From: Patescibacteria group bacterium
GTDB taxonomy: Bacteria > Omnitrophota > Gorgyraeia > Gygaellales > Profunditerraquicolaceae
Direction: 5' to 3'
Length of the DNA stretch: 64,000 bases
NCBI GenBank assembly: GCA_035506195.1
Contig: DATJPV010000023.1
Coordinates: 1,050 to 65,049, forward strand
Below, one piece after another: positions 47,342 to 56,759 of the stretch; position 1 is the stretch's first letter; the number at the start of each line of letters is the position of its first letter. Below the pieces are notes generated by a model. That model did no database searches, was not told the DNA's origin, and saw only the letters and a list, made by a program, of their open reading frames with translations. Made by a program: the position numbers and the translations under genes.

Positions 47342-47370
47342 ATTTTATAGATAACCCTATGTGCTGTCAA
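47342..47370 (-). promoter_or_regulatory. sigma70 promoter for the wHTH/PilX_N-like bicistron
   Basis: The minus strand reads TTGACA, then a 17-nt spacer (gcacatagggttatcta), then TAAAAT. It lies about 20 nt upstream of the ATG. Confidence 0.55.
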
Positions 47371-47399
47371 CTGTTTTTATAGGCTGCCCCCCGGCTAGG

Positions 47400-47621
47400 C
47401 TATTTTTTGTTGTAACTGCCGCAGCGGGGACAGACCGAAATAACGTCTTCCTTTGTGTTTACGTACGTATACGTACAGACGGAACAAAACCAAATAAAGC
47501 GGGAATCCAGGGACAGGTCTTTGTCTTTCTGCTTTTTTTCGAACAACCACGCCAGGAACACGCACACTAAGAATAAGAGCGTTGACAACGCGATAGCCAC
47601 GGAAAAATCGATGCTGATCAT
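47400..47621 (-). CDS. membrane-anchored zinc-ribbon protein
   Basis: 73 aa with an N-terminal TM helix (FSVAIALSTLLFLVCVFLAWLF) and a C-terminal CSVC...CPRC pair of zinc knuckles. It starts 4 nt downstream of the tonB-like stop. Confidence 0.6.
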   Translation of the reverse strand: MISIDFSVAIALSTLLFLVCVFLAWLFEKKQKDKDLSLDSRFIWFCSVCTYTYVNTKEDVISVCPRCGSYNKK

Positions 47622-47625
47622 ACGA

Positions 47626-48258
47626 TTATTTCTGAGGAGACAGCTCTATTTTGACCGTCTGCCACGCATCCAGGGGAAGGTTTCTTTGCTGCATAAAAAG
47701 GTAACGGCCCAGATATCGCATGGTCAACAGGTCCGCTTCCAGATTGCCGGATGATATCTTTCTCTTGACGATCAATGCGTTGGTCTTCGAATCGGCAGGG
47801 GATGCCTTCCTAAACATAAGTTCGATATGCACCGCTTGTCGATCCTTGAAATAAAGCGAAAAATTATGCGGCAGAGGCGGATAAAACATGAGTACCGCGC
47901 CTTTTTTGACGGGAGGCGCAGAAGACGCAAGGGACTCGACATATGAAATTTTATCAGCGTTTAAAGACGCCGGCATTGCGTGCGGCTTGACGTAATAATC
48001 GTACGCGCCGGCCATCCGTTGATCAGGCTGACGCAAAAGCCTGGTGTCCGGCTCTGGCGACGGCAATAGCATCTTTAGCGAAGATGGTTTTACCCGGGGG
48101 GCGCGCAGAAAATCAGCGGGTAACCATGACCCCCAGAAAGAAACAGCGGTATAGTTTGCCTTGGGCAGGACGGGATTGAAGGACAGGTTAAAAACTCCCA
48201 GGAGGGTGATATGGCTTAACAAGGAAATAAAAACGCTTTTTTTAAAAAGTTGGCTCAT
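47626..48258 (-). CDS. TonB/TolA-like energy transducer
   Basis: The start is placed at MSQLFKKSVFISLLSHITLLGVF, an ATGA overlap with the exbD stop. It has one TM helix and a Pro-containing linker. The C-terminal domain contains KISSGNLEADLLTMRYL, resembling the TonB_C SSG..LD motif. It follows exbB-exbD. Confidence 0.6.
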   Translation of the reverse strand: MSQLFKKSVFISLLSHITLLGVFNLSFNPVLPKANYTAVSFWGSWLPADFLRAPRVKPSSLKMLLPSPEPDTRLLRQPDQRMAGAYDYYVKPHAMPASLNADKISYVESLASSAPPVKKGAVLMFYPPLPHNFSLYFKDRQAVHIELMFRKASPADSKTNALIVKRKISSGNLEADLLTMRYLGRYLFMQQRNLPLDAWQTVKIELSPQK

Positions 48259-48659
48259 TGCTCTTGATTGGTCGCTATGTTGACGTGGCTGACGTTGAGC
48301 TGGCGGCACATATCCCAGACCTGCACCGCTGCCCCCAGTGATGTGCGTTTATCCGCTTTGATGAGGACGGACACATCCCGCTTAGCCACCTGCCGCAAGA
48401 GGCCCTCCAGTTCCTGGGCAGTCATGGCTTTGCCGTTGACATAGATGACGTTCTCGGCGGAGATGGCGATATCGATATTATCATATTTGACGACTTCGCT
48501 GGTGACCGCCTTAGGCAAATGTATCGCAATGCCCGGCTGCATGACAAAACTGGAAGTAAGCATGAAAAAAATCAACAGCAGGAATACCATATCGATGAGC
48601 GGGGCAATGTCTATTTGTTTGAGACCATGCTCAAGCTCCACATGCCGCTTGAAACGCAT
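48255..48659 (-). CDS. exbD: biopolymer transporter ExbD/TolR
   Basis: 134 aa with IDIAPLIDMVFLLLIFFM and a periplasmic domain. It is paired with exbB. Confidence 0.9.
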   Translation of the reverse strand: MRFKRHVELEHGLKQIDIAPLIDMVFLLLIFFMLTSSFVMQPGIAIHLPKAVTSEVVKYDNIDIAISAENVIYVNGKAMTAQELEGLLRQVAKRDVSVLIKADKRTSLGAAVQVWDMCRQLNVSHVNIATNQEQ

Positions 48660-48667
48660 GTATCCTC

Positions 48668-49300
48668 CTACTCCGTAAGGAAGTTGACCAATTCTGTCGC
48701 TGCTTTTTCCATTTCCAGGATCAGGGTATTGATCCGGCTCACCAAATAATTATAGGCTACAAACGTGGGTATCGCCACGATCAAGCCGGCTACGGTCGTC
48801 AGTAGCGCCTCCCAGATACCCCCTGCCAGGTCGCCGGGAGAAACGGGGTGAAAACTGGTAGCCTTAGCCTGAATGACCTGGAAACACCTGACCATCCCGG
48901 TCACTGTCCCCAATAAGCCGAGCAGCGGCGATATGTGCGCAATGGTAGCCAGGGCGGTAAGGTTCTTCTCAAGCTTCGGCACCTCATACAGGGAGGCATC
49001 TTCGATCGCCTCCTTTATCTGGGGACGAGGCCTGTCGTATTTGAGGATACCTGCCTTGAGTATGTGCGAGATCGGACTTTTGGTCTTATCGCAGGTTGCC
49101 AGCGCCTCTTTTATCTGGTGATGTTTCATCTTATCCAGGATCGTCGCCAGAAACTCAGCCGTATCTATCCTTATCTTGTGCAGGTACCAGAACTTATCCA
49201 AGATTATCGCCATGGCAAAGATCGAACAAAACAGTATCGGCCACATTACCGGCCCGCCTGCAAGAAACGTCTGCCACAACCCCATCTTGTACAAATCCAT
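48668..49300 (-). CDS. exbB: MotA/TolQ/ExbB proton-channel family protein
   Basis: 210 aa with three TM helices and PLLGLLGTVTGM together with ALLTTVAGLIVAIP. Confidence 0.92.
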   Translation of the reverse strand: MDLYKMGLWQTFLAGGPVMWPILFCSIFAMAIILDKFWYLHKIRIDTAEFLATILDKMKHHQIKEALATCDKTKSPISHILKAGILKYDRPRPQIKEAIEDASLYEVPKLEKNLTALATIAHISPLLGLLGTVTGMVRCFQVIQAKATSFHPVSPGDLAGGIWEALLTTVAGLIVAIPTFVAYNYLVSRINTLILEMEKAATELVNFLTE

Positions 49301-49301
49301 C

Positions 49302-51770
49302 TTATCCGCCTCCCTTGAGTTTCTGCGCGCCTATCGAATCTATCCGCTCCTGGGCGTATTTCGATTCCGGAGCGCCCATCGCAACGATCTTCTGGTAAAT
49401 CGTAAGTGCCTCCGGGAAATTCCCCTTGCTTTCGTAGATCGAAGCCACCCTCAATAAGGACCTAACGTTCAAATCGCCGTTATCGGGATACAGGTAGGTC
49501 ACCTGCAGATATTCCTGGATCGCTTCATCCGTTTTGCCCTGGGCCTCTCTGGTCTCGGCGATCTTGAACTGAAGGTGCGCCATTTCCTTCACCGGAACCA
49601 GATCCAGGCTTTTACGGTAAAACGCCACTGCATCGTCGTATTTTCCGATTTTGCGGTAAGACTCGGCGATCTTGGGATAAATCAGGTGCGCAAGGTTCGC
49701 ATACTCCTTCAGGACGTCTTGATAGGTACCCAGCGCCAGTTCCATCTGGTTCTGTTTCGCATAGATATCGGCGACGGCAATCAAGGCGGTAGCGGCAAGA
49801 TCGGATTTGGCCTGCTCCCTGACCTTATTGAAGTTGTCCAGCGCCGCCTGGTAGTCGGATTCCTCTTCGTAGATAGAGCCAAGCGCATAGCGGGCATCCG
49901 GCAGAAGGCTGCTATCGGGGAAATCTTTTATCAAAGATAAGAAATACTGCTTTGCCTGTTCTGCATCGTTGTGCCGGTAATAATACTCTCCTAGCCACCA
50001 GATAACCTCCGGGGTAAGCGTTGAAGAAGGATACTTGTCCCGCAGGAGCTTGAACCTTGCCATCGCCTCTTTTTCGTTGCCTGTCTGGTAATAGCAGTCG
50101 GCAATTTCATATTCCGATTTCTGCACCAATTCTGTGTCATTCGGATAGTTCTTGATGATCTCTTTGAAGACCTCGATCGCAGCGGGGAAATCCCCCAGAT
50201 TGAAAAGACTGGTCCCGCACAGGTATGCGGCCTGAGACTTAAGCTTGCTATCCTTGAATTCCCGGGGGAATCTTTCGAAGACTTCCCGACTGGCTTTGTA
50301 ATCTTCGCTTTGAAAATAGCTTAAGCCCAAAGCATAGGAAGCCTCATCAAGAAGTTTCGACTGAGGGAAATTGGTTTTCAAGCTCTGGAATGCGAGGATC
50401 GCGCCCGGATAGTTGCCTGATTTTAGCATCGTCAGCCCCAGCTGATATTGCACGTAATCGCCATACAGGCTGTCTGAATAATCTTTTAGTATCCCATCGT
50501 AGGTCTCGATGGCCTTGGGATAGTCGCCGGCATCCTGATAGGCATCCCCTATTTGGCAGAGGGTGGTGATCTTAATAATCTTGTCTTCGGTGCGCTGGGC
50601 CAGTTTTTGAAATTCTTCTATCGCTTTTTTGAACTCCCCCTCCTTTAGAAAAACCCAGGCCAGACCGTAATGCATCTTATCCACTATCTCGCGGGGCACT
50701 GTGCCGGGAGTCTTCTCCAGCGCCAGGGTATAAATATCTACGGCCTCTTTGTAGTTTCCCGCGTTGTAGAGTACATCGGCTTTGCCCAGATACGCCTGGC
50801 TTAAGACCACCGGATCCGAGGTCGCCGTGATGAGTTCCTCATACAAGGACTTTGCCGCCTCAAGCTGCTTGGTCTCAACCGCCAATATCGCCTTACCCAG
50901 AAGCAGCACCTCGCGGCTTGCCTTTTCCAAGGAGTCGGGGACAACGCCGGCAAACTCAGTCTCGCTTTCCTGGTAGCGCTTGAGCTTCAAGTAAGCCCAC
51001 CCCTTCCCCAGCTGCGAAAGGGAGTGCATCCGTTCATCCTTGGTGCTCAGGATGGCCTTGGCATACTCGTCTATCGACTCATTGAAATTATTCATGTAGT
51101 AATCTGCTTCGGCCAGGTAAAAATACAGGTAGGAAACTTTAGCGGTATCCTTGACATACGTCTTCAGGTACGCCACCGCACTCTCTTTCAACGCCGCATA
51201 TTCCTTGAGATTATAAAGACACTCGATGATCTTGAATTGCGCGTCCTGCACCAGGGCGTCTTTAGGAAAGCGGTTTTCTACGTTTTTGAAATTCGCCAGG
51301 GCGTCCGCAAAAGACTGTTCCTGGAACAGGCACCAGCCAAGGGAATAATATGCGGCCGCCAGATACGAAGACTGCGGAAAATTATCGATGATCTTCTTGT
51401 AGTATTCGGCGGCCTTGGAAAAGTTGTTGCCCCGGAAGTGCACCTCGGCGATCCAATAGTCAACCGCATCCTGAATATCCTTGGCAGCCGGCTGATTCTG
51501 AAGCCCTTCGAACTTGGCCAGGGCCTCCAGGAATTTCCCCTGATGGAAATAGCACTGCCCGGTAAGCAGGCTCGCCTGAGCTGCTAATGTCGAAGCCGGA
51601 TAATTGCTCATAAACCGGTCCAACAACTGCAGGCTCACATCGTAGAAGCCGTCGGCAAAGGCCTTGCGGGCGACAAAAAATGCCTCCTGCTCCTTGGATT
51701 CCTGAGCATACGAGGCACCCATGATCAGTGTTGCGCAAATAATAAGAAGGGAAATGATTCTAACCAGCAT
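49302..51770 (-). CDS. secreted multi-TPR repeat protein (YbgF/CpoB-like repeats)
   Basis: 822 aa with a signal peptide (MLVRIISLLIICATLIMGASYA) and more than 15 TPR-like units of the type A.Y.LG.CYF..G.Y..A...F. It starts 1 nt upstream of exbB. Confidence 0.8.
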   Translation of the reverse strand: MLVRIISLLIICATLIMGASYAQESKEQEAFFVARKAFADGFYDVSLQLLDRFMSNYPASTLAAQASLLTGQCYFHQGKFLEALAKFEGLQNQPAAKDIQDAVDYWIAEVHFRGNNFSKAAEYYKKIIDNFPQSSYLAAAYYSLGWCLFQEQSFADALANFKNVENRFPKDALVQDAQFKIIECLYNLKEYAALKESAVAYLKTYVKDTAKVSYLYFYLAEADYYMNNFNESIDEYAKAILSTKDERMHSLSQLGKGWAYLKLKRYQESETEFAGVVPDSLEKASREVLLLGKAILAVETKQLEAAKSLYEELITATSDPVVLSQAYLGKADVLYNAGNYKEAVDIYTLALEKTPGTVPREIVDKMHYGLAWVFLKEGEFKKAIEEFQKLAQRTEDKIIKITTLCQIGDAYQDAGDYPKAIETYDGILKDYSDSLYGDYVQYQLGLTMLKSGNYPGAILAFQSLKTNFPQSKLLDEASYALGLSYFQSEDYKASREVFERFPREFKDSKLKSQAAYLCGTSLFNLGDFPAAIEVFKEIIKNYPNDTELVQKSEYEIADCYYQTGNEKEAMARFKLLRDKYPSSTLTPEVIWWLGEYYYRHNDAEQAKQYFLSLIKDFPDSSLLPDARYALGSIYEEESDYQAALDNFNKVREQAKSDLAATALIAVADIYAKQNQMELALGTYQDVLKEYANLAHLIYPKIAESYRKIGKYDDAVAFYRKSLDLVPVKEMAHLQFKIAETREAQGKTDEAIQEYLQVTYLYPDNGDLNVRSLLRVASIYESKGNFPEALTIYQKIVAMGAPESKYAQERIDSIGAQKLKGGG

Positions 51771-51796
51771 AATCAGTGTATCCTACCACAGGGTAT

Positions 51797-54589
51797 CTAG
51801 CCGTTCAATACCTTTTTCAGGAACACGGCGGTATAGGAATCACGGTTATCGAGTATTTCTTCGGGAGCCCCGCTTGCCACCACCTGCCCGCCCCTGTCTC
51901 CGCCCTCCGGCCCCAAGTCAATGAGATAGTCGGCGCATTTGACCACCTCCAGGTTATGCTCGATGACCACAACGGTATTGCCTTTATCCACCAGCCTCTG
52001 GAGTACCGACAAAAGCTTTTCCACATCGGCAAAATGCAAACCCGTGGTCGGTTCGTCTAAAATATAAAGCGTCTTGCCGGTGGCGCGCTTGCTCAGCTCC
52101 GCGGAAAGCTTGACCCGCTGGGCCTCGCCGCCGGAAAGAGTAGTGGCGGATTGCCCCAATTGCATATACCCCAGCCCTACGTCATAAAGCGTCATCAGCG
52201 TATTCCTGATGCCGGGGATGTTACTGAATAAACCCATCGCCTCTTCGATGGTCATCTCAAGAACGTCGGCGATGGACTTGCCTTTATAACAGACCTCAAG
52301 CGTCGCCTCGTTAAAGCGCCTGCCCTTGCAGATATCGCACTTGACGTAGACATCCGGCAGGAAATGCATCTCTATTTTTTTAATCCCGTCCCCGCCGCAG
52401 GCTTCGCAACGCCCGCCTTTGACATTGAAGGAAAACCTCCCCGGCTTGTAGCCGTGCATCCGCGCTTCCGGTATCTTGCTGAAGAGGTCCCTGATATGGC
52501 TGTATATGCCCGTGTAGGTAGCAGGGTTGGAGCGAGGGGTCCTGCCGATGGGAGATTGATCAACTTCAATGACCTTATCGATATATTCGGCGCCGACCAG
52601 CTTCTGGTAAAGGCCGGGCTTCTCTTTTGCTTTATACAATCTCTGCATAAGGCTGCGATACAGAATCTCATCGACCAGGGTGGATTTTCCCGACCCCGAG
52701 ACTCCCGTCACGCATACGAATACCCCCAGGGGAAACTTGACGTCGATATTCTTAAGATTATGTTCCCGCGCCCCCTTGATCTCCAGAACCTTCTTCTGGT
52801 CATGCGGCCTTCTCTGTGCCGGCACCGGGATACGCAATTGTTTCCTCAGGTACCGGGCAGTAAGCGACTGCTGATTCTGCAGCAGGTCCGCCCGGGAGCC
52901 CGCAAAGACCACTTCTCCGCCGTGCCTGCCGGCGCCAGGGCCTAAATCCACGATGAAATCCGCGGTCATGATGGTTGATTCATCGTGCTCCACTATGATC
53001 AACGTATTACCGAGGTCCCGCAGGGTCTTTAAAGTCTGGATAAGCTTGACGTTATCCCGGGGGTGCAGGCCGATACTAGGCTCATCGAGGATATACAGCA
53101 CCCCTACCAACCCGGACCCCACCTGCGTAGCCAGGCGTATCCGCTGCGCCTCTCCTCCGGAAAGCGTCGAGCTTCTCCTGTCGAGCGTCAAATAATCAAG
53201 CCCGACGTCGATACAGAATTGCAGGCGCTGTAAGATCTCCTTGAGCACCTGATGCGCGATGAGCTTCTGTTTCTCGGATAATGAAAGGCGGCCGAAAAAA
53301 TCACGCGCTTGTTTTATCGGCATCCGAGATGCCTCGTGGATATTCTTGCCGTTGACGGTCACGGCAAGGCTTTCTTTTTTGAGCCGCGCGCCGCCGCAGG
53401 TAGGGCAAGGAAGGCTCGACATGAACCTGGATATCTCTTCTTTCAGGTAATCGCTGTCGGTCTGGCGGAAGAGCCTTTCCAGGTGCGGTAGCACTCCTTC
53501 AAAAGGCTTACCCCCTACCTCAACGTCGGTACCGTACAGAATGGCCTTTTGCACCTGACGGCTCAGCTTTTTAAAAGGAGTATCCAGGTCAAAGCCCATC
53601 TGGTGCGCAAGCTCGCGGATAAGCCAGCGATAATACAGGATGTAGCCCTTACCTCCGCGCTTCCAGGCTTCGATCGCCCCCTCATTGATCGTCTTATTCT
53701 TATCCGGCACGATGAAATCCGGATCGAATTCAAGCTTAGTCCCCAAGCCGTGGCAGTCGGGGCAGGCCCCGTAGGGGGAATTGAACGAGAATATGCGGGG
53801 TTCGACTTCCGGGTAGCTGATGCCGCACTGGGCGCAGGCATATTGTTCGCTAAAAACCAGATCGCGCTCCCGGACGTGGACAATGACGATGCCCTTGCCT
53901 GTTTTTAGCGCCGTCTCAACGGAATCGGTAAGGCGCTTCTTGATCTCGGGTTTAATGCTTAAACGGTCGACAACGACCTCGATATTGTGGACCTTGTATT
54001 TCTGGAGCTTTATCTTATCCGGCAGCTCATATATGCGGCCATCGATGCGGCAGCGCACAAAGCCTGCCTTCTGGATCTGGTTCAATATATCCCGGTACTC
54101 CCCTTTCCTGCCCCGGACCAGCGGCGCCAAAACCTGGATATCGCTTGCCGGCGGTAATGCCATGATCCGTTCAACGATCTCCTGCACGCTCTGCCGCTCT
54201 ATGGGCTGGCCGCACCGGTAGCAGGCGATACTCCCAACGCGGGCGTAAAGGAGCCGCAGGTAATCGTAGATCTCCGTCTGCGTGGCCACGGTAGAGCGGG
54301 GATTGCCTCCGGCCGTCCTCTGCTCGATGGCGATTGCCGGCGACAGGCCCTCGATGTATTCGACGTCAGGCTTCTGCAGCTGCTCTAAAAACTGGCGCGC
54401 GTACGCCGACAGGCTTTCCACATAGCGCCTCTGCCCTTCGGCATAAATAGTATCAAAGGCAAGGCTGGATTTGCCGGAGCCGGAAAGTCCGGTAACGACA
54501 ATAAGCTTATTACGGGGCAGCTTCAGATTTATATTTTTGAGGTTGTGTTCTTTGGCGCCTTTTATGACTATATATTCTTCCATGTGCAA
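51797..54589 (-). CDS. uvrA: excinuclease ABC subunit UvrA
   Basis: 930 aa with two ABC modules ([33 protein letters not shown] x2) and zinc modules (CPDCHG, CPTCGG, CEACGG). Confidence 0.98.
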   Translation of the reverse strand: MHMEEYIVIKGAKEHNLKNINLKLPRNKLIVVTGLSGSGKSSLAFDTIYAEGQRRYVESLSAYARQFLEQLQKPDVEYIEGLSPAIAIEQRTAGGNPRSTVATQTEIYDYLRLLYARVGSIACYRCGQPIERQSVQEIVERIMALPPASDIQVLAPLVRGRKGEYRDILNQIQKAGFVRCRIDGRIYELPDKIKLQKYKVHNIEVVVDRLSIKPEIKKRLTDSVETALKTGKGIVIVHVRERDLVFSEQYACAQCGISYPEVEPRIFSFNSPYGACPDCHGLGTKLEFDPDFIVPDKNKTINEGAIEAWKRGGKGYILYYRWLIRELAHQMGFDLDTPFKKLSRQVQKAILYGTDVEVGGKPFEGVLPHLERLFRQTDSDYLKEEISRFMSSLPCPTCGGARLKKESLAVTVNGKNIHEASRMPIKQARDFFGRLSLSEKQKLIAHQVLKEILQRLQFCIDVGLDYLTLDRRSSTLSGGEAQRIRLATQVGSGLVGVLYILDEPSIGLHPRDNVKLIQTLKTLRDLGNTLIIVEHDESTIMTADFIVDLGPGAGRHGGEVVFAGSRADLLQNQQSLTARYLRKQLRIPVPAQRRPHDQKKVLEIKGAREHNLKNIDVKFPLGVFVCVTGVSGSGKSTLVDEILYRSLMQRLYKAKEKPGLYQKLVGAEYIDKVIEVDQSPIGRTPRSNPATYTGIYSHIRDLFSKIPEARMHGYKPGRFSFNVKGGRCEACGGDGIKKIEMHFLPDVYVKCDICKGRRFNEATLEVCYKGKSIADVLEMTIEEAMGLFSNIPGIRNTLMTLYDVGLGYMQLGQSATTLSGGEAQRVKLSAELSKRATGKTLYILDEPTTGLHFADVEKLLSVLQRLVDKGNTVVVIEHNLEVVKCADYLIDLGPEGGDRGGQVVASGAPEEILDNRDSYTAVFLKKVLNG

Positions 54590-54594
54590 AGGAT

Positions 54595-56403
54595 TTATGG
54601 TACGGCGTTCAATGCCTGCCAGGCCTTATCGGCGTTATCGTATTGTTTGAGCTTTTCATAGATCACCGCCAGGTTGTAGAGCGCCCGTCGGTCAGACGGG
54701 TCCAGCGCACGCGCAGCCTTCAACGCCCGCACTGCCTGAGGATAGACCTGTAATTTTCCGAAGGAGATGCCCGCAAGTATGTACATCTGGGGCGTAGGGC
54801 CGGCGGCGAGTTCCTTACCGATTATTCCCAGCGCCTGGCTGAATTCGCCTAAGCGCATGAGCGCAATGATCTCTTTCTCCTTCGGAGAGAATGCGGGGTC
54901 AAGCTCATCCTTGAAGACCTGCCCCTGTTCCTGCGCCAGAAGTTTCAGGCGGCGGTTGGCCTGCCAGTAAAAATAATCCCGCTCCAGCGCTGCCGCATAA
55001 GCCCGACGGGCCCGATCATACTGTTTCATCGCCCGATAAATATCCCCAAGCTGTATATAGGTGACCAGGTTTTCCGGTTCGCGCCGCGCCGACTGCCTGG
55101 CTTCGGCCAAGGCTTGCGCATAGAAGCCCCGCTGGGCCAAGGCAGATATTAAGAACGACCGGGTAATAAAGCTTACGGAGGGCTCCATCAGGGCCAGATT
55201 ACGGCGATAGAACGGAAGCTCCTGCCTCCAGCCACCGGCGTTGGCGAAGGTAGAAAACCCATACCCGCATACAAGGGCAGCCGACAGTATGAGCAGGACG
55301 GTCATGCTGCGTATCCGCAGGAGCAGGTATGCGGCTACCAGGAAAACCCCCCATGATGCCAGGTACACCCAATGCTCTTCGGCCGCCAGTGACCCCGGGA
55401 ATTTATACATAAATCTTATTAGATACGACAGCATCAGGATGAACCAGGTGATCCCGGTAAAGACCGCATACTTTCTTTTTTTAAAAGCGAAAATGGTTAT
55501 CGCCGTCAGCGCTACCGCTAGGACTACTGCCGCAAAGGCCCCAGCTGACCAGTATCCCGATACCGGCTTGATCATGCGCAATACATGCAGCCCCTGCGGA
55601 GCGATCAGGAGGCTGAGGTATTCGCGGATAACGCTCCAAAAATTAAGTACGTCTCGCCCGATCCCGTAGCCGCCCTGCGGGGCTATCCAGACGGGGACAA
55701 GCACGGTAAGCCGCAAGGTAATATAGAGGGCGAAAAGGCTGGCAAAGGATATGCAATGAGACACTAGCGACCCCCTCGGGACTTTCGCTTTCATCCCGAT
55801 ACAGGCGATATACAAAGGAATAAGCGCAAGGAAGCCCGCCTCCCGGGATAATAGCGCACAGGCAAAACTGGCCAGAGAAAGCAAGTAATATGTTTTCTTC
55901 GAAGAAGCCGCATATGCGCTATAGGATAGCAGGCTCAGCAAGACCCATACCGCCAACAGCAGTTCGCCGCGGTCGGCGATATAACAGACTGTCTCGGTAT
56001 GCAGGGGGTGTACGCAGAACAAAAGCGCGCTCAATAATGCCAGCGAAAAACTTGAAAACACGCGATACACAAGGGCAAACCCCAGGAACGTGACCAAGGC
56101 ATGAATAAGGACGTTCGTCAGATGGTAGCCTGCCGGATTCAGCTTCCAGATGTGGTATTCCAAGGCGTACGACAGGCTCATCAGGGGCCGGTAATATTTG
56201 TACCCTTCGTCGAATACGGAAAATTTGAACAGGTCGGTGGAAAAAAGCAGCGGCGCCTTATGCCAGTCTTTGATGAGCTCGTTCTGGACTATCAGGAATT
56301 TATCGTCGGCGACAAAGTCTCCGCGCAACACCTGGCAATACAGGACGACGGCGAGGAACAAAAAAAACAAAAAAATATAAATACCGGGTATGTTCTTTTT
56401 CAT
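54595..56403 (-). CDS. TMTC/PMT-like GT-C membrane glycosyltransferase homologue with C-terminal TPR domain
   Basis: The first-loop motif [19 protein letters not shown] resembles the TMTC/DUF1736 F.[WY]DD...I..N signature. About 10 TM helices and C-terminal TPRs follow. I set the start at ATG 56403 (MKKNIPG). The track start at 56418 is a GTG inside the upstream terminator stem. Confidence 0.65.
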   Translation of the reverse strand: MKKNIPGIYIFLFFLFLAVVLYCQVLRGDFVADDKFLIVQNELIKDWHKAPLLFSTDLFKFSVFDEGYKYYRPLMSLSYALEYHIWKLNPAGYHLTNVLIHALVTFLGFALVYRVFSSFSLALLSALLFCVHPLHTETVCYIADRGELLLAVWVLLSLLSYSAYAASSKKTYYLLSLASFACALLSREAGFLALIPLYIACIGMKAKVPRGSLVSHCISFASLFALYITLRLTVLVPVWIAPQGGYGIGRDVLNFWSVIREYLSLLIAPQGLHVLRMIKPVSGYWSAGAFAAVVLAVALTAITIFAFKKRKYAVFTGITWFILMLSYLIRFMYKFPGSLAAEEHWVYLASWGVFLVAAYLLLRIRSMTVLLILSAALVCGYGFSTFANAGGWRQELPFYRRNLALMEPSVSFITRSFLISALAQRGFYAQALAEARQSARREPENLVTYIQLGDIYRAMKQYDRARRAYAAALERDYFYWQANRRLKLLAQEQGQVFKDELDPAFSPKEKEIIALMRLGEFSQALGIIGKELAAGPTPQMYILAGISFGKLQVYPQAVRALKAARALDPSDRRALYNLAVIYEKLKQYDNADKAWQALNAVP

Positions 56404-56408
56404 CTGTG

Positions 56409-56459
56409 TTAAAAACACTGCCCTCTAACGATGAACCGCAGTACACAATTAGAGGGCAG
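56409..56459 (-). terminator. intrinsic terminator after the small basic protein gene
   Basis: A 10-bp stem pairs ctgccctcta (56418-56427) with tagagggcag (56450-56459). On the minus-strand RNA it is followed by UGUUUUUA. The next ATG is only about 15 nt downstream. Confidence 0.7.
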
Positions 56460-56478
56460 GATTTTCTACCTTACTGTC

Positions 56479-56718
56479 TTATCTCTTTTTCTTTTTGCCG
56501 CCTCTTTTCATCTTGGCGCAGGACACGTCGCCTTTTTTGTCGATGAAATAGAGATAGCCCTCTTTCCTCTTGATGCCTAACTTCACGAGTTTTTTAGGGC
56601 TGCCGCCTTTTTTGCCGGCTCTGGCCATCTTGGCGCAGGACACGTCGCCCTGCTTATCAAGATAGTAAAGATACCCCTTTTCTCTCTTGACACCTGCCTT
56701 CGCTACTTTCTCTGCCAT
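56479..56718 (-). CDS. 79-aa lysine-rich protein made of two tandem ~39-aa repeats (unknown family)
   Basis: The sequence is MAEKVAKAGVKREKGYLYYLDKQGDVSCAKMARAGKKGGSPKKLVKLGIKRKEGYLYFIDKKGDVSCAKMKRGGKKKKR. The strong SD GGAGGTG lies 9 nt upstream of the ATG, and the gene has its own terminator. The start is at ATG 56718, not the GTG at 56730. Confidence 0.7.
   Translation of the reverse strand: MAEKVAKAGVKREKGYLYYLDKQGDVSCAKMARAGKKGGSPKKLVKLGIKRKEGYLYFIDKKGDVSCAKMKRGGKKKKR
56509..56532 (-). repeat. 24-nt exact intragenic repeat, copy 1 (encodes GDVSCAKM)
   Basis: catcttggcgcaggacacgtcgcc is identical to 56626-56649. The offset is 117 nt, or 39 codons. Confidence 0.95.
56626..56649 (-). repeat. 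24-nt exact intragenic repeat, copy 2 (encodes GDVSCAKM)
   Basis: catcttggcgcaggacacgtcgcc is identical to 56509-56532. Confidence 0.95.
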
Positions 56719-56759
56719 GTTATTCTTCACCTCCTTCCCTCACTTGTTTAGTGACACGT

